Source: Patescibacteria group bacterium (GTDB lineage Bacteria > Patescibacteriota > Microgenomatia > UBA1400 > MFAQ01). From it: 61,799 bases of DNA. The stretch is from assembly GCA_943355005.1 (NCBI GenBank), contig CALRDV010000007.1, positions 1 through 61,799 of the forward strand, read 5' to 3'. The translations under genes were made by a program, and so were the position numbers. Shown piece by piece: positions 9,502-18,711 of this stretch (its first letter is position 1; every line of letters starts with the position of its first letter). The notes under the pieces are model-generated. The model was not told the origin of the DNA. It was given only the letters and a program-made list of their open reading frames with translations, and did not search any database.

Positions 9502-10602
9502 ATGCAAAACACAAACCTACTTTTTATCTTCCTCACAGGTCTGACTACTGGAGGTTTAACATGCCTTGCTTTACAAGGTGGACTCCTCACCTCAGTCTTA
9601 GCCAAACGCGAAGAAAAACTAGTCGACAACCTCGCCAGCTCCAAAAAGAAAATCAAGCAATTACAAAATCGTCATTCCGGGCTTGACCCGGAATCCAGAT
9701 CTTCTTCCACCTCCCATCTCCCCATCCTCTCCTTCCTCACAGCCAAACTCTTCATTCACACTGTCCTCGGCTTCTTCCTCGGACTCTTAGGTACCGCCAT
9801 CACCCTTTCTCCCATCACTCGTGGTTGGTTACAAGTCTTTATCGGCATCTATCTCTTTGGTATCGCCGGCAATCTTTTAAATCTGCATCCTATTTTTAGA
9901 TACTTTGTCATCACTCCCCCCAAATTCCTCGCCAGATTAGCCAAGAACGAATCCAAAAGCGATTCTGTTTTTGCGCCTGCCCTCTTAGGACTCATGACCG
10001 TTTTTCTGCCGTGTGCCGTCACTCAAGCTATGGAGGTCGTTGCGGTTGGTACGGGCAACCCTCTCTATGGCGCCGCCATCATGTTTGCTTTTGTCCTGGG
10101 CACTTCCCCCACCTTCTTACTCTTTGGTTTTCTGATAAACAAAACCGGTTCCGTATTTCAGAAATATTTTCCCGCTATCGCCGGTACTGCCATGCTTGGC
10201 ATGTCTATTTACAGTATCAATGCCAGTGCCGGACTCATGGGCTCTGTTTACACCATTCAGAATTTTGTTCAGGCGGCTACTTCTTCTTCTAATCCCGGCT
10301 CCGACACTGGATCAAACTCCATCCTCGGTGATAATCTTCAAACAGCCACCATCACTGTAAACAACACTTCTTACACCCCCAACTCCATCACTTTGAAAAA
10401 AGGTATCCTGACCAAATTGAAATTAATTACAAACAATGTCCAATCATGTTCCCGCTCCTTCACTATCCCCGCATTAAACATAAACAAACTTCTCCCCTCG
10501 ACAGGTGAAACCACCTTAGAATTCACTCCGACAGAAACAGGCCCACTTGCCTTCTCCTGTTCCATGGGCATGTACACCGGCCGCTTCAACATCGTAAACT
10601 AA
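9502..10602 (+). CDS. Sulfite exporter TauE/SafE (DsbD_2-like) membrane protein with C-terminal cupredoxin domain
   Basis: GGLTCLALQGG, FLPC and FSCSMGMYTG motifs; likely start ATG 9502, because the track start at 9388 lies in a repeat element. Confidence 0.85.
   Translation: MQNTNLLFIFLTGLTTGGLTCLALQGGLLTSVLAKREEKLVDNLASSKKKIKQLQNRHSGLDPESRSSSTSHLPILSFLTAKLFIHTVLGFFLGLLGTAITLSPITRGWLQVFIGIYLFGIAGNLLNLHPIFRYFVITPPKFLARLAKNESKSDSVFAPALLGLMTVFLPCAVTQAMEVVAVGTGNPLYGAAIMFAFVLGTSPTFLLFGFLINKTGSVFQKYFPAIAGTAMLGMSIYSINASAGLMGSVYTIQNFVQAATSSSNPGSDTGSNSILGDNLQTATITVNNTSYTPNSITLKKGILTKLKLITNNVQSCSRSFTIPALNINKLLPSTGETTLEFTPTETGPLAFSCSMGMYTGRFNIVN
9670..9696 (+). repeat. CGTC-type REP in frame in the TauE/cupredoxin gene
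   Basis: cgtcattccgggcttgacccggaatcc encodes RHSGLDPES. Confidence 0.85.
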
Positions 10603-10605
10603 AGT

Positions 10606-11136
10606 ATGCCCAAGAAAAAGAAATCACCAACTCCAAACCTTCTAATCGCGATCGTGACTTTTTCACTACTACTTCTATTTGTATTTATTGAGAAAAAACT
10701 ATCCAAAAACTTTTCAATAGGTAGTCTCGAGATGACTTATGACAATAGCTGGGTAAGATACGACAGTTCAATTGCAAATGGCTGCCAGCAAATAGAGGTG
10801 GAAAAAATCACACCAGCCCCATCAGATCAAGACCTAAAGGACTACCTTCTCCAGAATGTTCTCGGAAACAGTGAAGAACTTTACAATCAGCTATCACGCA
10901 AAAATCTCACAGTTGAAAACGGTTATCAAATTGAAGGTTTAGATCAAAGTCAGTATCTTATCTTGGGACCCAAAGGAGTAGGTGAAATAGATAATGTTTA
11001 TTTATCAGACCCTTCAGACGGAGCAATATATCGCATAACTGTCTGGGCTCTTGGTCCAAATTCACCCAAACTCTGCGCCGAACCTGCCAGACGCAATAAA
11101 TTCAAAGCAATTCTTTCAACCATCAAATTTAAATAA
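10606..11136 (+). CDS. Membrane-anchored hypothetical protein (PsbP-like fold possible)
   Basis: N-terminal TM helix; C-terminus FKAILSTIKF resembles PsbP-like termini. Confidence 0.55.
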   Translation: MPKKKKSPTPNLLIAIVTFSLLLLFVFIEKKLSKNFSIGSLEMTYDNSWVRYDSSIANGCQQIEVEKITPAPSDQDLKDYLLQNVLGNSEELYNQLSRKNLTVENGYQIEGLDQSQYLILGPKGVGEIDNVYLSDPSDGAIYRITVWALGPNSPKLCAEPARRNKFKAILSTIKFK

Positions 11137-11140
11137 CACT

Positions 11141-11184
11141 CGTCATTGCGAGGCTCGACTTTAGGTCGGCCGTGGCAATCCAGG
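11141..11184 (+). repeat. CGTC-type REP (intergenic)
   Basis: cgtcattgcgagg...cgtggcaatccagg. Confidence 0.8.
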
Positions 11185-11200
11185 AATTAAAATAAACAAC

Positions 11201-11476
11201 ATGTTCAACTTCTTCAAGCCAAAAAACAAAGTCTCCCTTGTCAAAGGGAGAAACGGCAAAGCCGAGAGGGATTTAACATCCCTCACCCTCCACCTATCCG
11301 GCCTCCACTGCACTTCCTGTGCAGTGAACATCGACCTTGCTCTAGAGGATCTCAATGGCGTTAAGTCCACCACCAACTACGCCAAGTCAGAAACCAAAAT
11401 CGAATACGACCCATCCAAAACTACTCTAGATCAAATCCACTTCACCATCCGCGACCTGGGTTATTCCATACTCTAG
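11201..11476 (+). CDS. Heavy-metal-associated (CopZ-like) chaperone with an in-frame palindromic insert
   Basis: GLHCTSC HMA motif and C-terminal LGY; SLVKGRNGKAERD insert at 11232-11274. Confidence 0.85.
   Translation: MFNFFKPKNKVSLVKGRNGKAERDLTSLTLHLSGLHCTSCAVNIDLALEDLNGVKSTTNYAKSETKIEYDPSKTTLDQIHFTIRDLGYSIL
11232..11274 (+). repeat. TCTCCC-TTGTCAAA-GGGAGA palindromic repeat (copies at 43531 and 43696)
   Basis: Three near-identical ~43 bp copies in the window. Confidence 0.85.
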
Positions 11477-11497
11477 CAAAAGACGTTAAGATAAATA

Positions 11498-12835
11498 GTG
11501 AAAGTAAAAAAGAGAAAAGCCTTCAAGCCGGTCGAAAAATTCCTCATCAGTCAATTTACTTTACCTAGTACTATAAACGGCTTTGGTTGGGTCAAAAAAA
11601 TTCTCCGCGGAGTTCCGGCCCTAAGAATAAAAAATGTCCGCCGGTATTTTTTCGGTCAATTCATTTCTAATATTGGAAGTTGGATGCAAATCGTTGCTCT
11701 TGGTTGGCTTGTCTTCCAGCTTACCGACTCTGCCTTCTGGGTCGGTGTTGTCGCCGCAGCTTCTTCTGTTCCCGCTGTCATTTTTTCCCTTTTCGGTGGC
11801 TGGATTGTAGACCATTTCCCCAAGAAATCCGTCTTGTTCTACTCAAACATGGGATCAATGTTTTTAGCGTTTATTCTTGGCGCCCTCACTCTCTCCGGAC
11901 ATGTCAATATTCCCATAATCATCATCATTTCTTTTCTGGGAGGCGTTTCAAATTCTGTCTGTACCCCTGCTCATTTTTCTTACATCAGCGAAATAGTAGA
12001 GCCGGATAAGCTTACCTCGGCCATGGCTCTAAACTCTAGTATTTCAAATCTTGGCCGGATTCTGGGACCCATCATTACCGGAATTTATATCAAAATTGGT
12101 GGTATTGGAGGAGCTTTCGTTATCAACGGCTTAAGCTACGTTGCTGTGTTATTGGCTCTACATCTCATTAAGTCCAGCAACCAAGTCACCGACCACAACA
12201 TAAATCCTCTCAAAGCCATCCGAGAAGGTATTGTTTACGCTTACGCTAACCCCATGATTAGATCAATCATTACTTATGTCGGCTTTGCATCTATCTTTGC
12301 CTGGTCTTATACCACTATCATTCCGGTACTCGCCAAAGAAATATTTAGCACAGACGCTACGGGTATGAGTTATCTTTATGGCGCCGTAGGCATCGGCGCT
12401 GTTACCGCCACTTTTTTTGCCGCTTTTTTCTCTCACCTGATTTCAAAATTAGCTCTATTTATCGCAGGCAATAGTATTTTTTCCATTTCCCTACTACTCT
12501 TCTCTTTCACCTCAAGCTTATTTTTAGGAACTATCTTACTTTTCTTTGTCGGTCTTGGTTTGGTTACTGTAAATATTGTTTTAGGTACTATTGTTCAGCA
12601 CATGACGGATCCTCATTACCGTGGTCGCGTCTCCAGTATTTATTTTCTTTTCTATGGCGGCATTATTTTCCTGGGGAATCTCGAAATCGGCTATCTTTCG
12701 GACACTTTCAATCCTCAGATGGCCCTCCGCCTCAACACCATCGCCATGTTAGCTGTCGGAGTTTATATTTTCTTAACCAAGAACCGCCTCCGCCAAGCCC
12801 AAAGCGAATACAACGAAACTTTGACACACAATTAG
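11498..12835 (+). CDS. MFS transporter (MFS_3/DUF894-like)
   Basis: GQFISNIGSWMQIVALGWLV...; about 12 TM helices; YRGRV motif. Confidence 0.9.
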   Translation: MKVKKRKAFKPVEKFLISQFTLPSTINGFGWVKKILRGVPALRIKNVRRYFFGQFISNIGSWMQIVALGWLVFQLTDSAFWVGVVAAASSVPAVIFSLFGGWIVDHFPKKSVLFYSNMGSMFLAFILGALTLSGHVNIPIIIIISFLGGVSNSVCTPAHFSYISEIVEPDKLTSAMALNSSISNLGRILGPIITGIYIKIGGIGGAFVINGLSYVAVLLALHLIKSSNQVTDHNINPLKAIREGIVYAYANPMIRSIITYVGFASIFAWSYTTIIPVLAKEIFSTDATGMSYLYGAVGIGAVTATFFAAFFSHLISKLALFIAGNSIFSISLLLFSFTSSLFLGTILLFFVGLGLVTVNIVLGTIVQHMTDPHYRGRVSSIYFLFYGGIIFLGNLEIGYLSDTFNPQMALRLNTIAMLAVGVYIFLTKNRLRQAQSEYNETLTHN

Positions 12836-14403
12836 ACAACCTTGTCGGTTCTCATACTATCAAGCTTATCTTTAACCAGTATCTGTATCGCCTCGATCTT
12901 TGCCTTTCTGTTGTAATCAAACTCTCCTTCATCCTCTTTTAACAACTCACCCAAGACTCTAGCAATTTCCGGCATGTTTAGCTCAGCGGTATAAGCGGTC
13001 AGAGGATTTTTATTAGCCTCACCCACACCACTAGTTATGCTTCTGTCTTTTGGAACAATTCTAGCAAGACTTCCTTCTCTGCCATCTATCATATCTCCAA
13101 GCTCTCTCATCACACTCCTAGCAAAATCTTTAATATGCGAAGAATACTTCTTTTCTTCCAAACTTCTCAGTAATAGCATGCTGTTTTCCGATGAGTTTTT
13201 AGGATTCATCTCAAGCAGGGATTTTATCAAAAGCTTCAAATCTTTACATTCCATAAATTCTCCCACAGCCCACTTCTCTATTTGAATCTTTTCTCTTTCT
13301 TCTCTTAAAACCTTCTCCCTCTCATTTCTGTCATTCTCCTCTCTCAGGCGCTTAGCTTTCTCCTCATTTACCAGCCTAGTTTCTTCCTCAGCTCGCACTT
13401 TTACGATTTCAGCGCTTCTCGCTTCCCAAATCTGTTTAGCAGCCCCATTCTCCAATTTATCAATCACTATATTTTGAAGTACATTTACAAGTGGGTCACC
13501 TTGTTTAACCTTAAATTCTTCTGCTGTGTACTCTCCTATAACCGGCGTAACGATATCAACAAACTTTTTATACACTTCCGATTCATCACCCACTCCACTT
13601 TCTTTTATCTTTTTGATCTCATTTTGAGTAGCCTCCCATGCCACCCCCAAAACAATCCCTTTATATTCTGTAACCAATTTAATCGTATTTACCGCCTCAC
13701 CAATCTGCCTTAGTACTTCCAAATTATTCATTTCACCTGCATTAATTTCCACCCCACGGACTAATCTCATCGGTTTTTCCCTTCCAGTCTCCCTTGCAAT
13801 ATCCACTCCTGAAATCAGACCATTTAAAACCGCCAGTCTTCCATCAGGGTTTCTATAACTCATCTCCTCAAGCAACTTCCTCTGGTTCTCTCCTATCCCC
13901 ACAATCTTCTTATCCTCACCTTCTAAAAATTTATTTACCACACTTATCAAGTTTTTTTCACCGCCTTCGACCCCTACCAGTTTATCCTCAATTTCTTTTA
14001 CAAACGCATCATCCAAAATTCCCGGCTGTCTCTCCACTATTGCCAGCATCTCACCAGCTTTCTCATCGACCATCAAATCACTCTCAGACGCCAGCTGTTT
14101 GGCTAAAAGTAGTTTTGCTAGCTTCCTTGGCTCATCGTCACCAATCTCAGACTGCAAAAACGATATTTTTCCATCACTCACAAAACCAGCCCTCATAGAA
14201 TCAAATTCTCCGGCAACCTTCTCACCTAAAAGCACCATCTCACTCTTTTTTATTTCGTTACCATTAGCATCTACTCTTTTTTCCACATTGGCTTCACCCC
14301 CACCGGCATCAGTCTTCCATAGCTTCACAGCCCTCATTGCCGACTCGGCTTTTGCCATCGGTTCCTCTGGATCAATTCTTGGAAATTCTATTTGTTCTGC
14401 CAT
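12832..14403 (-). CDS. Charged coiled-coil hypothetical protein, paralog of 15233..17002
   Basis: 523 aa; shares the C-terminal motif (F/Y)D..R(K/R)AKIEA with its neighbour. Confidence 0.75.
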   Translation of the reverse strand: MAEQIEFPRIDPEEPMAKAESAMRAVKLWKTDAGGGEANVEKRVDANGNEIKKSEMVLLGEKVAGEFDSMRAGFVSDGKISFLQSEIGDDEPRKLAKLLLAKQLASESDLMVDEKAGEMLAIVERQPGILDDAFVKEIEDKLVGVEGGEKNLISVVNKFLEGEDKKIVGIGENQRKLLEEMSYRNPDGRLAVLNGLISGVDIARETGREKPMRLVRGVEINAGEMNNLEVLRQIGEAVNTIKLVTEYKGIVLGVAWEATQNEIKKIKESGVGDESEVYKKFVDIVTPVIGEYTAEEFKVKQGDPLVNVLQNIVIDKLENGAAKQIWEARSAEIVKVRAEEETRLVNEEKAKRLREENDRNEREKVLREEREKIQIEKWAVGEFMECKDLKLLIKSLLEMNPKNSSENSMLLLRSLEEKKYSSHIKDFARSVMRELGDMIDGREGSLARIVPKDRSITSGVGEANKNPLTAYTAELNMPEIARVLGELLKEDEGEFDYNRKAKIEAIQILVKDKLDSMRTDKVV

Positions 14404-14461
14404 ACAAATATCCTACACTACTTGAAACGACCAAAACTAGCACATCACAAACCAATTATTT

Positions 14462-15205
14462 TTACTCAACATCTCCAAATATTTTATCCACGGTATCCGC
14501 AACCCACTCACCCAAACAATTATTTTTCTCCCATTCACTCATTTTCCCGGAAAAACTAGCTAAGTCTATATGAGCAAAGTAATTACTTCTTTGTCTATCA
14601 TTCACCAGTACATTTACCCTATGTCCTCTAATTTCAGATCGACTTCCTTGCTTTCCAAAGATACCACCATCTTCCAATAGGACAGCCTTGTCAAAAAGTA
14701 ACTCAGCCCATTTTCTTTGCCTTGTCTCACGAATGTTCACACTTCTTTCCTCTTCAGAATAACTTCCATAGTCTCTTATTAAATCTCTAAGCTGTTTTTT
14801 ATCTTCTCCAAATCGTTCCCGGTCGCTATAATTTTCATTAGCAATTGCAAAATCAGCCAAGTCAACAAACTTTTGGCTCTTTTCCTTCAACCATTTCCGA
14901 TTAGCAGAAGTCCAAATCACTACCATATAGCCTTTTTCTTTTAATTTTTTTAAAACATTCTCCGCTTCAGGATTTTCATCATCTTCAGATAAATTTGACC
15001 TCAATATCCCATCTACATCAACCACTACAACCTTTCTTCCTTCACTAGCTGTTTTTATTTTATCTACCAGGTAGGGGCTCCATAACCACTCACCTTTTTC
15101 TAGTCTGTCACCAATCTCTTTCATCGTTATCTCGTTGGTCTCTTTTTCACTACCATTTCCGGAAGCTATTACCATCATGTTTGATTCAAAGTTATCAAAG
15201 CTCAT
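14462..15205 (-). CDS. HAD-superfamily hydrolase
   Basis: VVVVDVDGIL (motif I), IWTS (motif II), LLED (motif IV). Confidence 0.75.
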   Translation of the reverse strand: MSFDNFESNMMVIASGNGSEKETNEITMKEIGDRLEKGEWLWSPYLVDKIKTASEGRKVVVVDVDGILRSNLSEDDENPEAENVLKKLKEKGYMVVIWTSANRKWLKEKSQKFVDLADFAIANENYSDRERFGEDKKQLRDLIRDYGSYSEEERSVNIRETRQRKWAELLFDKAVLLEDGGIFGKQGSRSEIRGHRVNVLVNDRQRSNYFAHIDLASFSGKMSEWEKNNCLGEWVADTVDKIFGDVE

Positions 15206-15232
15206 ATCTTTGACTATATCAAGAAAAAGATA

Positions 15233-17002
15233 CTATTCATTGGTCTTTGGGACATTCATCGTGTATACCTTAACTCCCAGTTGAGCCACTTTTCTTAAAG
15301 CCTCTATTTTAGCTCTCCTCTCCATATCGTAATTTTCAGCATCTTCACCTTCAAGTTTTTGGATACGTTCTCTTATTGCATCACCTCTTGCCACAATAGT
15401 AATCTTTACTTGATCCGGGGTTGAAAAATAACCCACAAAACCCTTTCTTCCAGAAATCGGTGTCGAAGTATTAGTAACAACATCCTTATCTTTGCCGTTT
15501 ACCAAAATAGCTATCTCCTCTGCTACCTTCTTCGCAAAATTAGTTGCCTCTGCAGATAAAGCTTGTTTTTCAATTCTATCAGCTACCTCCCCACTCAAAC
15601 CTGCAGTTCGAGGATCTTTACTCATGATTAATTCCAATGCTGCAGTAACACCTGGATTCCTTGATGCTTCTTCAATGATAGCTTTTCTTGCAGCGGTTCT
15701 TGCGTTTTCTTCTGCTGCTAGCCGAACCCGATCCACCTCCTGTACAGCAAGCAATTTGGCTTCACGTTTCTTGTCCCAAACATCGAGATATTGTTTTCGA
15801 TCCATACTAATCAATTGATTAAACACATTCACGTTAGAATAATCGGTCCAAATACTTTTCATTCTTTGCTGTACAACTTTGTTATTGGTTATTCTTTCGC
15901 TTCGAGAAGTATCCTCCCGTACCTTGTTCCCGGTTGCAAAAGCAGCAAGATCCCCATCTTTTTCATGATCGAACATTAGTGCCATCGCGGAAGCTGCGGA
16001 TTTAACTCTATCTTCCCACCTTCTCAAATTTCCACGACCTGAATCCGGATCCGGTAAGTTCTGTAAATTCCCCTCAATCATCCCCATTGCATACCCCCAC
16101 ACTTTATCTTTATCATCCCCTTCATCCATTTGCCTTCCAATTAGCACAAGAACTTTCGGAAGATCCAGCAAAAAACCTTTCCCGTCACCATCCATATTCG
16201 GTTTGCCGTCTAAAGCTCCTGCTGCCATTTCAATAGCACTCTTAACTTGTTCAACAGTGACAGTGCATTTAAGTTTCGCATTTATTTCTTCCGACAACAT
16301 GACTGGACTCATATTCACAGTGGCATACTCATTTGTCACTATATCAGTAACAAATTTCTTATACCCGGATCTTTCTGCTTTAGCCGTATTAAGAGTTTGT
16401 TTTTGTTCAGTGCTTAGTTCTTTTCCTTTTTCATCAAGAAGCACATCAATCATTTTTTCTACCGAAGGACTGTTAAAGGGAACCCCCTTCTCTGTTTTTG
16501 ATGGAGCCTTAGCAACTTCATCAATAACTTTTACCATGTACCCCTCTGCATAATATTTAGCATTTGGTATTTTTTCCAAAATTAAAGCCCCTAAGTTTAG
16601 TTTATCCGCACTTGGGATAAAAGCTCCCATTCTTATTAGCATTGAAGCGGCAATATAAGGACTGGCCTCATCACCATTATCCAGTTTTTTCAGAATAGTA
16701 CTGACCACCTTCTCCGGCAAAGCAGCGCCTTTAACTTCTTCATATTGATCACTAATAGCTTTTTCGAGCTTGCTTTCAGCTCCTATCGCTCTTTCTATTA
16801 TTTTTGCACCCAAAGCCTCCTCTTGAGATCTTTTTGGTTCCGGTCCAACTTCAACACCTAAATTTGTTTTTGCCACGACAACTTGTCTGTCCCACTCAGA
16901 CTTTCTCTTATCATAAGCAGCACTTTGCTCCAACAAAGAGTCAATTTTTTGAACATTAGCTGGCCTTTCGCCTGGCGTTGGCGCAATCTCAGGGGTAGTC
17001 AT
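15233..17002 (-). CDS. Charged coiled-coil hypothetical protein, paralog of 12832..14403
   Basis: Long ORF; likely start ATG 17002 (MTTPE), 7 nt after a TAGGAT -10 box. Confidence 0.75.
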   Translation of the reverse strand: MTTPEIAPTPGERPANVQKIDSLLEQSAAYDKRKSEWDRQVVVAKTNLGVEVGPEPKRSQEEALGAKIIERAIGAESKLEKAISDQYEEVKGAALPEKVVSTILKKLDNGDEASPYIAASMLIRMGAFIPSADKLNLGALILEKIPNAKYYAEGYMVKVIDEVAKAPSKTEKGVPFNSPSVEKMIDVLLDEKGKELSTEQKQTLNTAKAERSGYKKFVTDIVTNEYATVNMSPVMLSEEINAKLKCTVTVEQVKSAIEMAAGALDGKPNMDGDGKGFLLDLPKVLVLIGRQMDEGDDKDKVWGYAMGMIEGNLQNLPDPDSGRGNLRRWEDRVKSAASAMALMFDHEKDGDLAAFATGNKVREDTSRSERITNNKVVQQRMKSIWTDYSNVNVFNQLISMDRKQYLDVWDKKREAKLLAVQEVDRVRLAAEENARTAARKAIIEEASRNPGVTAALELIMSKDPRTAGLSGEVADRIEKQALSAEATNFAKKVAEEIAILVNGKDKDVVTNTSTPISGRKGFVGYFSTPDQVKITIVARGDAIRERIQKLEGEDAENYDMERRAKIEALRKVAQLGVKVYTMNVPKTNE

Positions 17003-17163
17003 GTAACTTATCCTACCACAAAGGGACCCAGGCAGAATCAGGAAACTAATCAACTTTCCATTTTGTCCACCTTTTGTCCAGCAAACTTATACCAGCTATA
17101 GGATAATAACCCCAGTCAAACATTGACAATTCAACCACGATCAGCCACCCCAAGGAGGTAGCA

Positions 17164-17733
17164 ATGAACTTCAGACCATGCACCAAGTGCAGTTTCCCGG
17201 TCTACGAGGGCGAGAAACGCTGTTCCAACTGCGGCAAAAGCCTGAATAGCCACAAAATGGTCATTCCTGTTCTTGTGATGTTCCTTTCGGTCTTATGTCT
17301 ATGGATTGGATTTTCGCTTCAACAAAGCGCCGATTCAACCAAGATCTCCAAAACCGAAACGATCCAATCCACAACTACAGCCACAACCACTCCAACCTCA
17401 GCACCCGCCACCCAACCCTCCCCCATGCCCTCACCAACGCTAGAACCCGAGTTTCCCAATCCTTCAGGTGATGGCTGGGTCCCCCTTACCAAGGTTGACC
17501 TACTCTACGCACGAAGCCAAGATTGCTGGTTTTTCGATTCCGGCTCTCTTATAGCCTGTGCGGGACAAAAAGTGGAGTTATACGTTCGGTATGGTTATTG
17601 GCACATTGCCTGGGTAAACCCGGACAATACCACCAACTACACCGAAATCACTCCAGGCCAAATTATTACTGTATACATTCCTGCCGACGCAGTCGATGTC
17701 TACTTTGGTACTTTGCGCCCTTCCAAACCCTAA
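17164..17733 (+). CDS. Zinc-ribbon, TM, Thr/Pro-linker hypothetical protein
   Basis: CTKC...CSNCG; TM helix; strong SD aaggagg. Confidence 0.7.
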   Translation: MNFRPCTKCSFPVYEGEKRCSNCGKSLNSHKMVIPVLVMFLSVLCLWIGFSLQQSADSTKISKTETIQSTTTATTTPTSAPATQPSPMPSPTLEPEFPNPSGDGWVPLTKVDLLYARSQDCWFFDSGSLIACAGQKVELYVRYGYWHIAWVNPDNTTNYTEITPGQIITVYIPADAVDVYFGTLRPSKP

Positions 17734-17754
17734 TCGGATAATACCGATATTCAT

Positions 17755-17783
17755 CAGCCCGACTACGTCGGGCTGTTTTTTTT
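17755..17783 (+). terminator. Intrinsic terminator
   Basis: cagcccgac-tac-gtcgggctg plus T-run. Confidence 0.75.
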
Positions 17784-18456
17784 ATTTCTTCCCCTTTTTC
17801 ATCTTTACTACCCAGGAGGATTTTGCCGTTTCCGGATGAGTAACTTTTCTGGCCTCTACGATTTCGAGTAGCTTAGAAACTTGCAAATCTTCTTTGGCCC
17901 ATCCTTTTTGCAGTTTAGTCCATAACGTCTTTGCCTTATCCGCTTCTTTCCCTTCCCAAGTCTCCAAAAGCTTTTCCACTCCCACACAGCCTCTCAATTT
18001 TTCCATATGTTCTCCAAGCGAATCTTTCATCGAGTCGGGTGTCGGCACTACCAGAGTAACTTCACCACCGTCGACCAGAATCCTTTCTACTTCCAGAAGC
18101 ATATCCTCCAAATCAATCGGCTCGAAGGGGTAAAGACAAACCATCACGTCTACAGATTTCGGAGCAATAGGTAGATTTTGAACTTCTCCGGCGAGCATTC
18201 CCGCTCTAATTTTTTTATTCCGAAGCATTCTTTCCCAAATCTCCATACCAAAGACTTTTTCCCCAAATTTATTTCGCAGATGGGGCATTACCGATCCTGG
18301 ACCCACTCCTAGCTCCAAGACCCTCTTGCCATCCGAATTAGGATACTTACCAAGAATATCTTCTATGTACACCTCGACGATTCCTGTTATCGGTACTAGA
18401 GCCGACCTTTCACTATACTGTCCGACTCCCAAATGAATTTCAGGTGTATTTGGCAT
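17782..18456 (-). CDS. Class I SAM-dependent methyltransferase
   Basis: VLELGVGPG, LPIAPKSVD, EVERILVDGG. Confidence 0.85.
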   Translation of the reverse strand: MPNTPEIHLGVGQYSERSALVPITGIVEVYIEDILGKYPNSDGKRVLELGVGPGSVMPHLRNKFGEKVFGMEIWERMLRNKKIRAGMLAGEVQNLPIAPKSVDVMVCLYPFEPIDLEDMLLEVERILVDGGEVTLVVPTPDSMKDSLGEHMEKLRGCVGVEKLLETWEGKEADKAKTLWTKLQKGWAKEDLQVSKLLEIVEARKVTHPETAKSSWVVKMKKGKK

Positions 18457-18461
18457 TAGGA

Positions 18462-18614
18462 TTATTTGTCCTCGCCCTTCACGTCTTTTAAGTATGCTTT
18501 AAATTCTTCCCAAACTTTTTTCCAATCACCACCGGCGGCTTCAATTTCTTTGAATATCATCTCCACATCCACCAGGATTTGATCTTCCTTTACTATCATC
18601 TTTGTTTTAGCCAT
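18462..18614 (-). CDS. Small hypothetical protein (50 aa), not in the ORF track
   Basis: Manual translation MAKTKMIVKEDQILVDVEMIFKEIEAAGGDWKKVWEEFKAYLKDVKGEDK; ends 5 bp before the methyltransferase start. Confidence 0.55.
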   Translation of the reverse strand: MAKTKMIVKEDQILVDVEMIFKEIEAAGGDWKKVWEEFKAYLKDVKGEDK

Positions 18615-18676
18615 ATTTATTTTAATTTTAATTAACTGCTAATCTATATCATACAACCTCACTACCCCTCTTTACC

Positions 18677-18702
18677 GGAAGCGAGCCCGCAGGCTCGCTT
18701 CC
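18677..18702 (-). terminator. Strong hairpin after rpsA
   Basis: ggaagcgagcc-cgca-ggctcgcttcc. Confidence 0.55.
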
Positions 18703-18711
18703 CAACCACCA

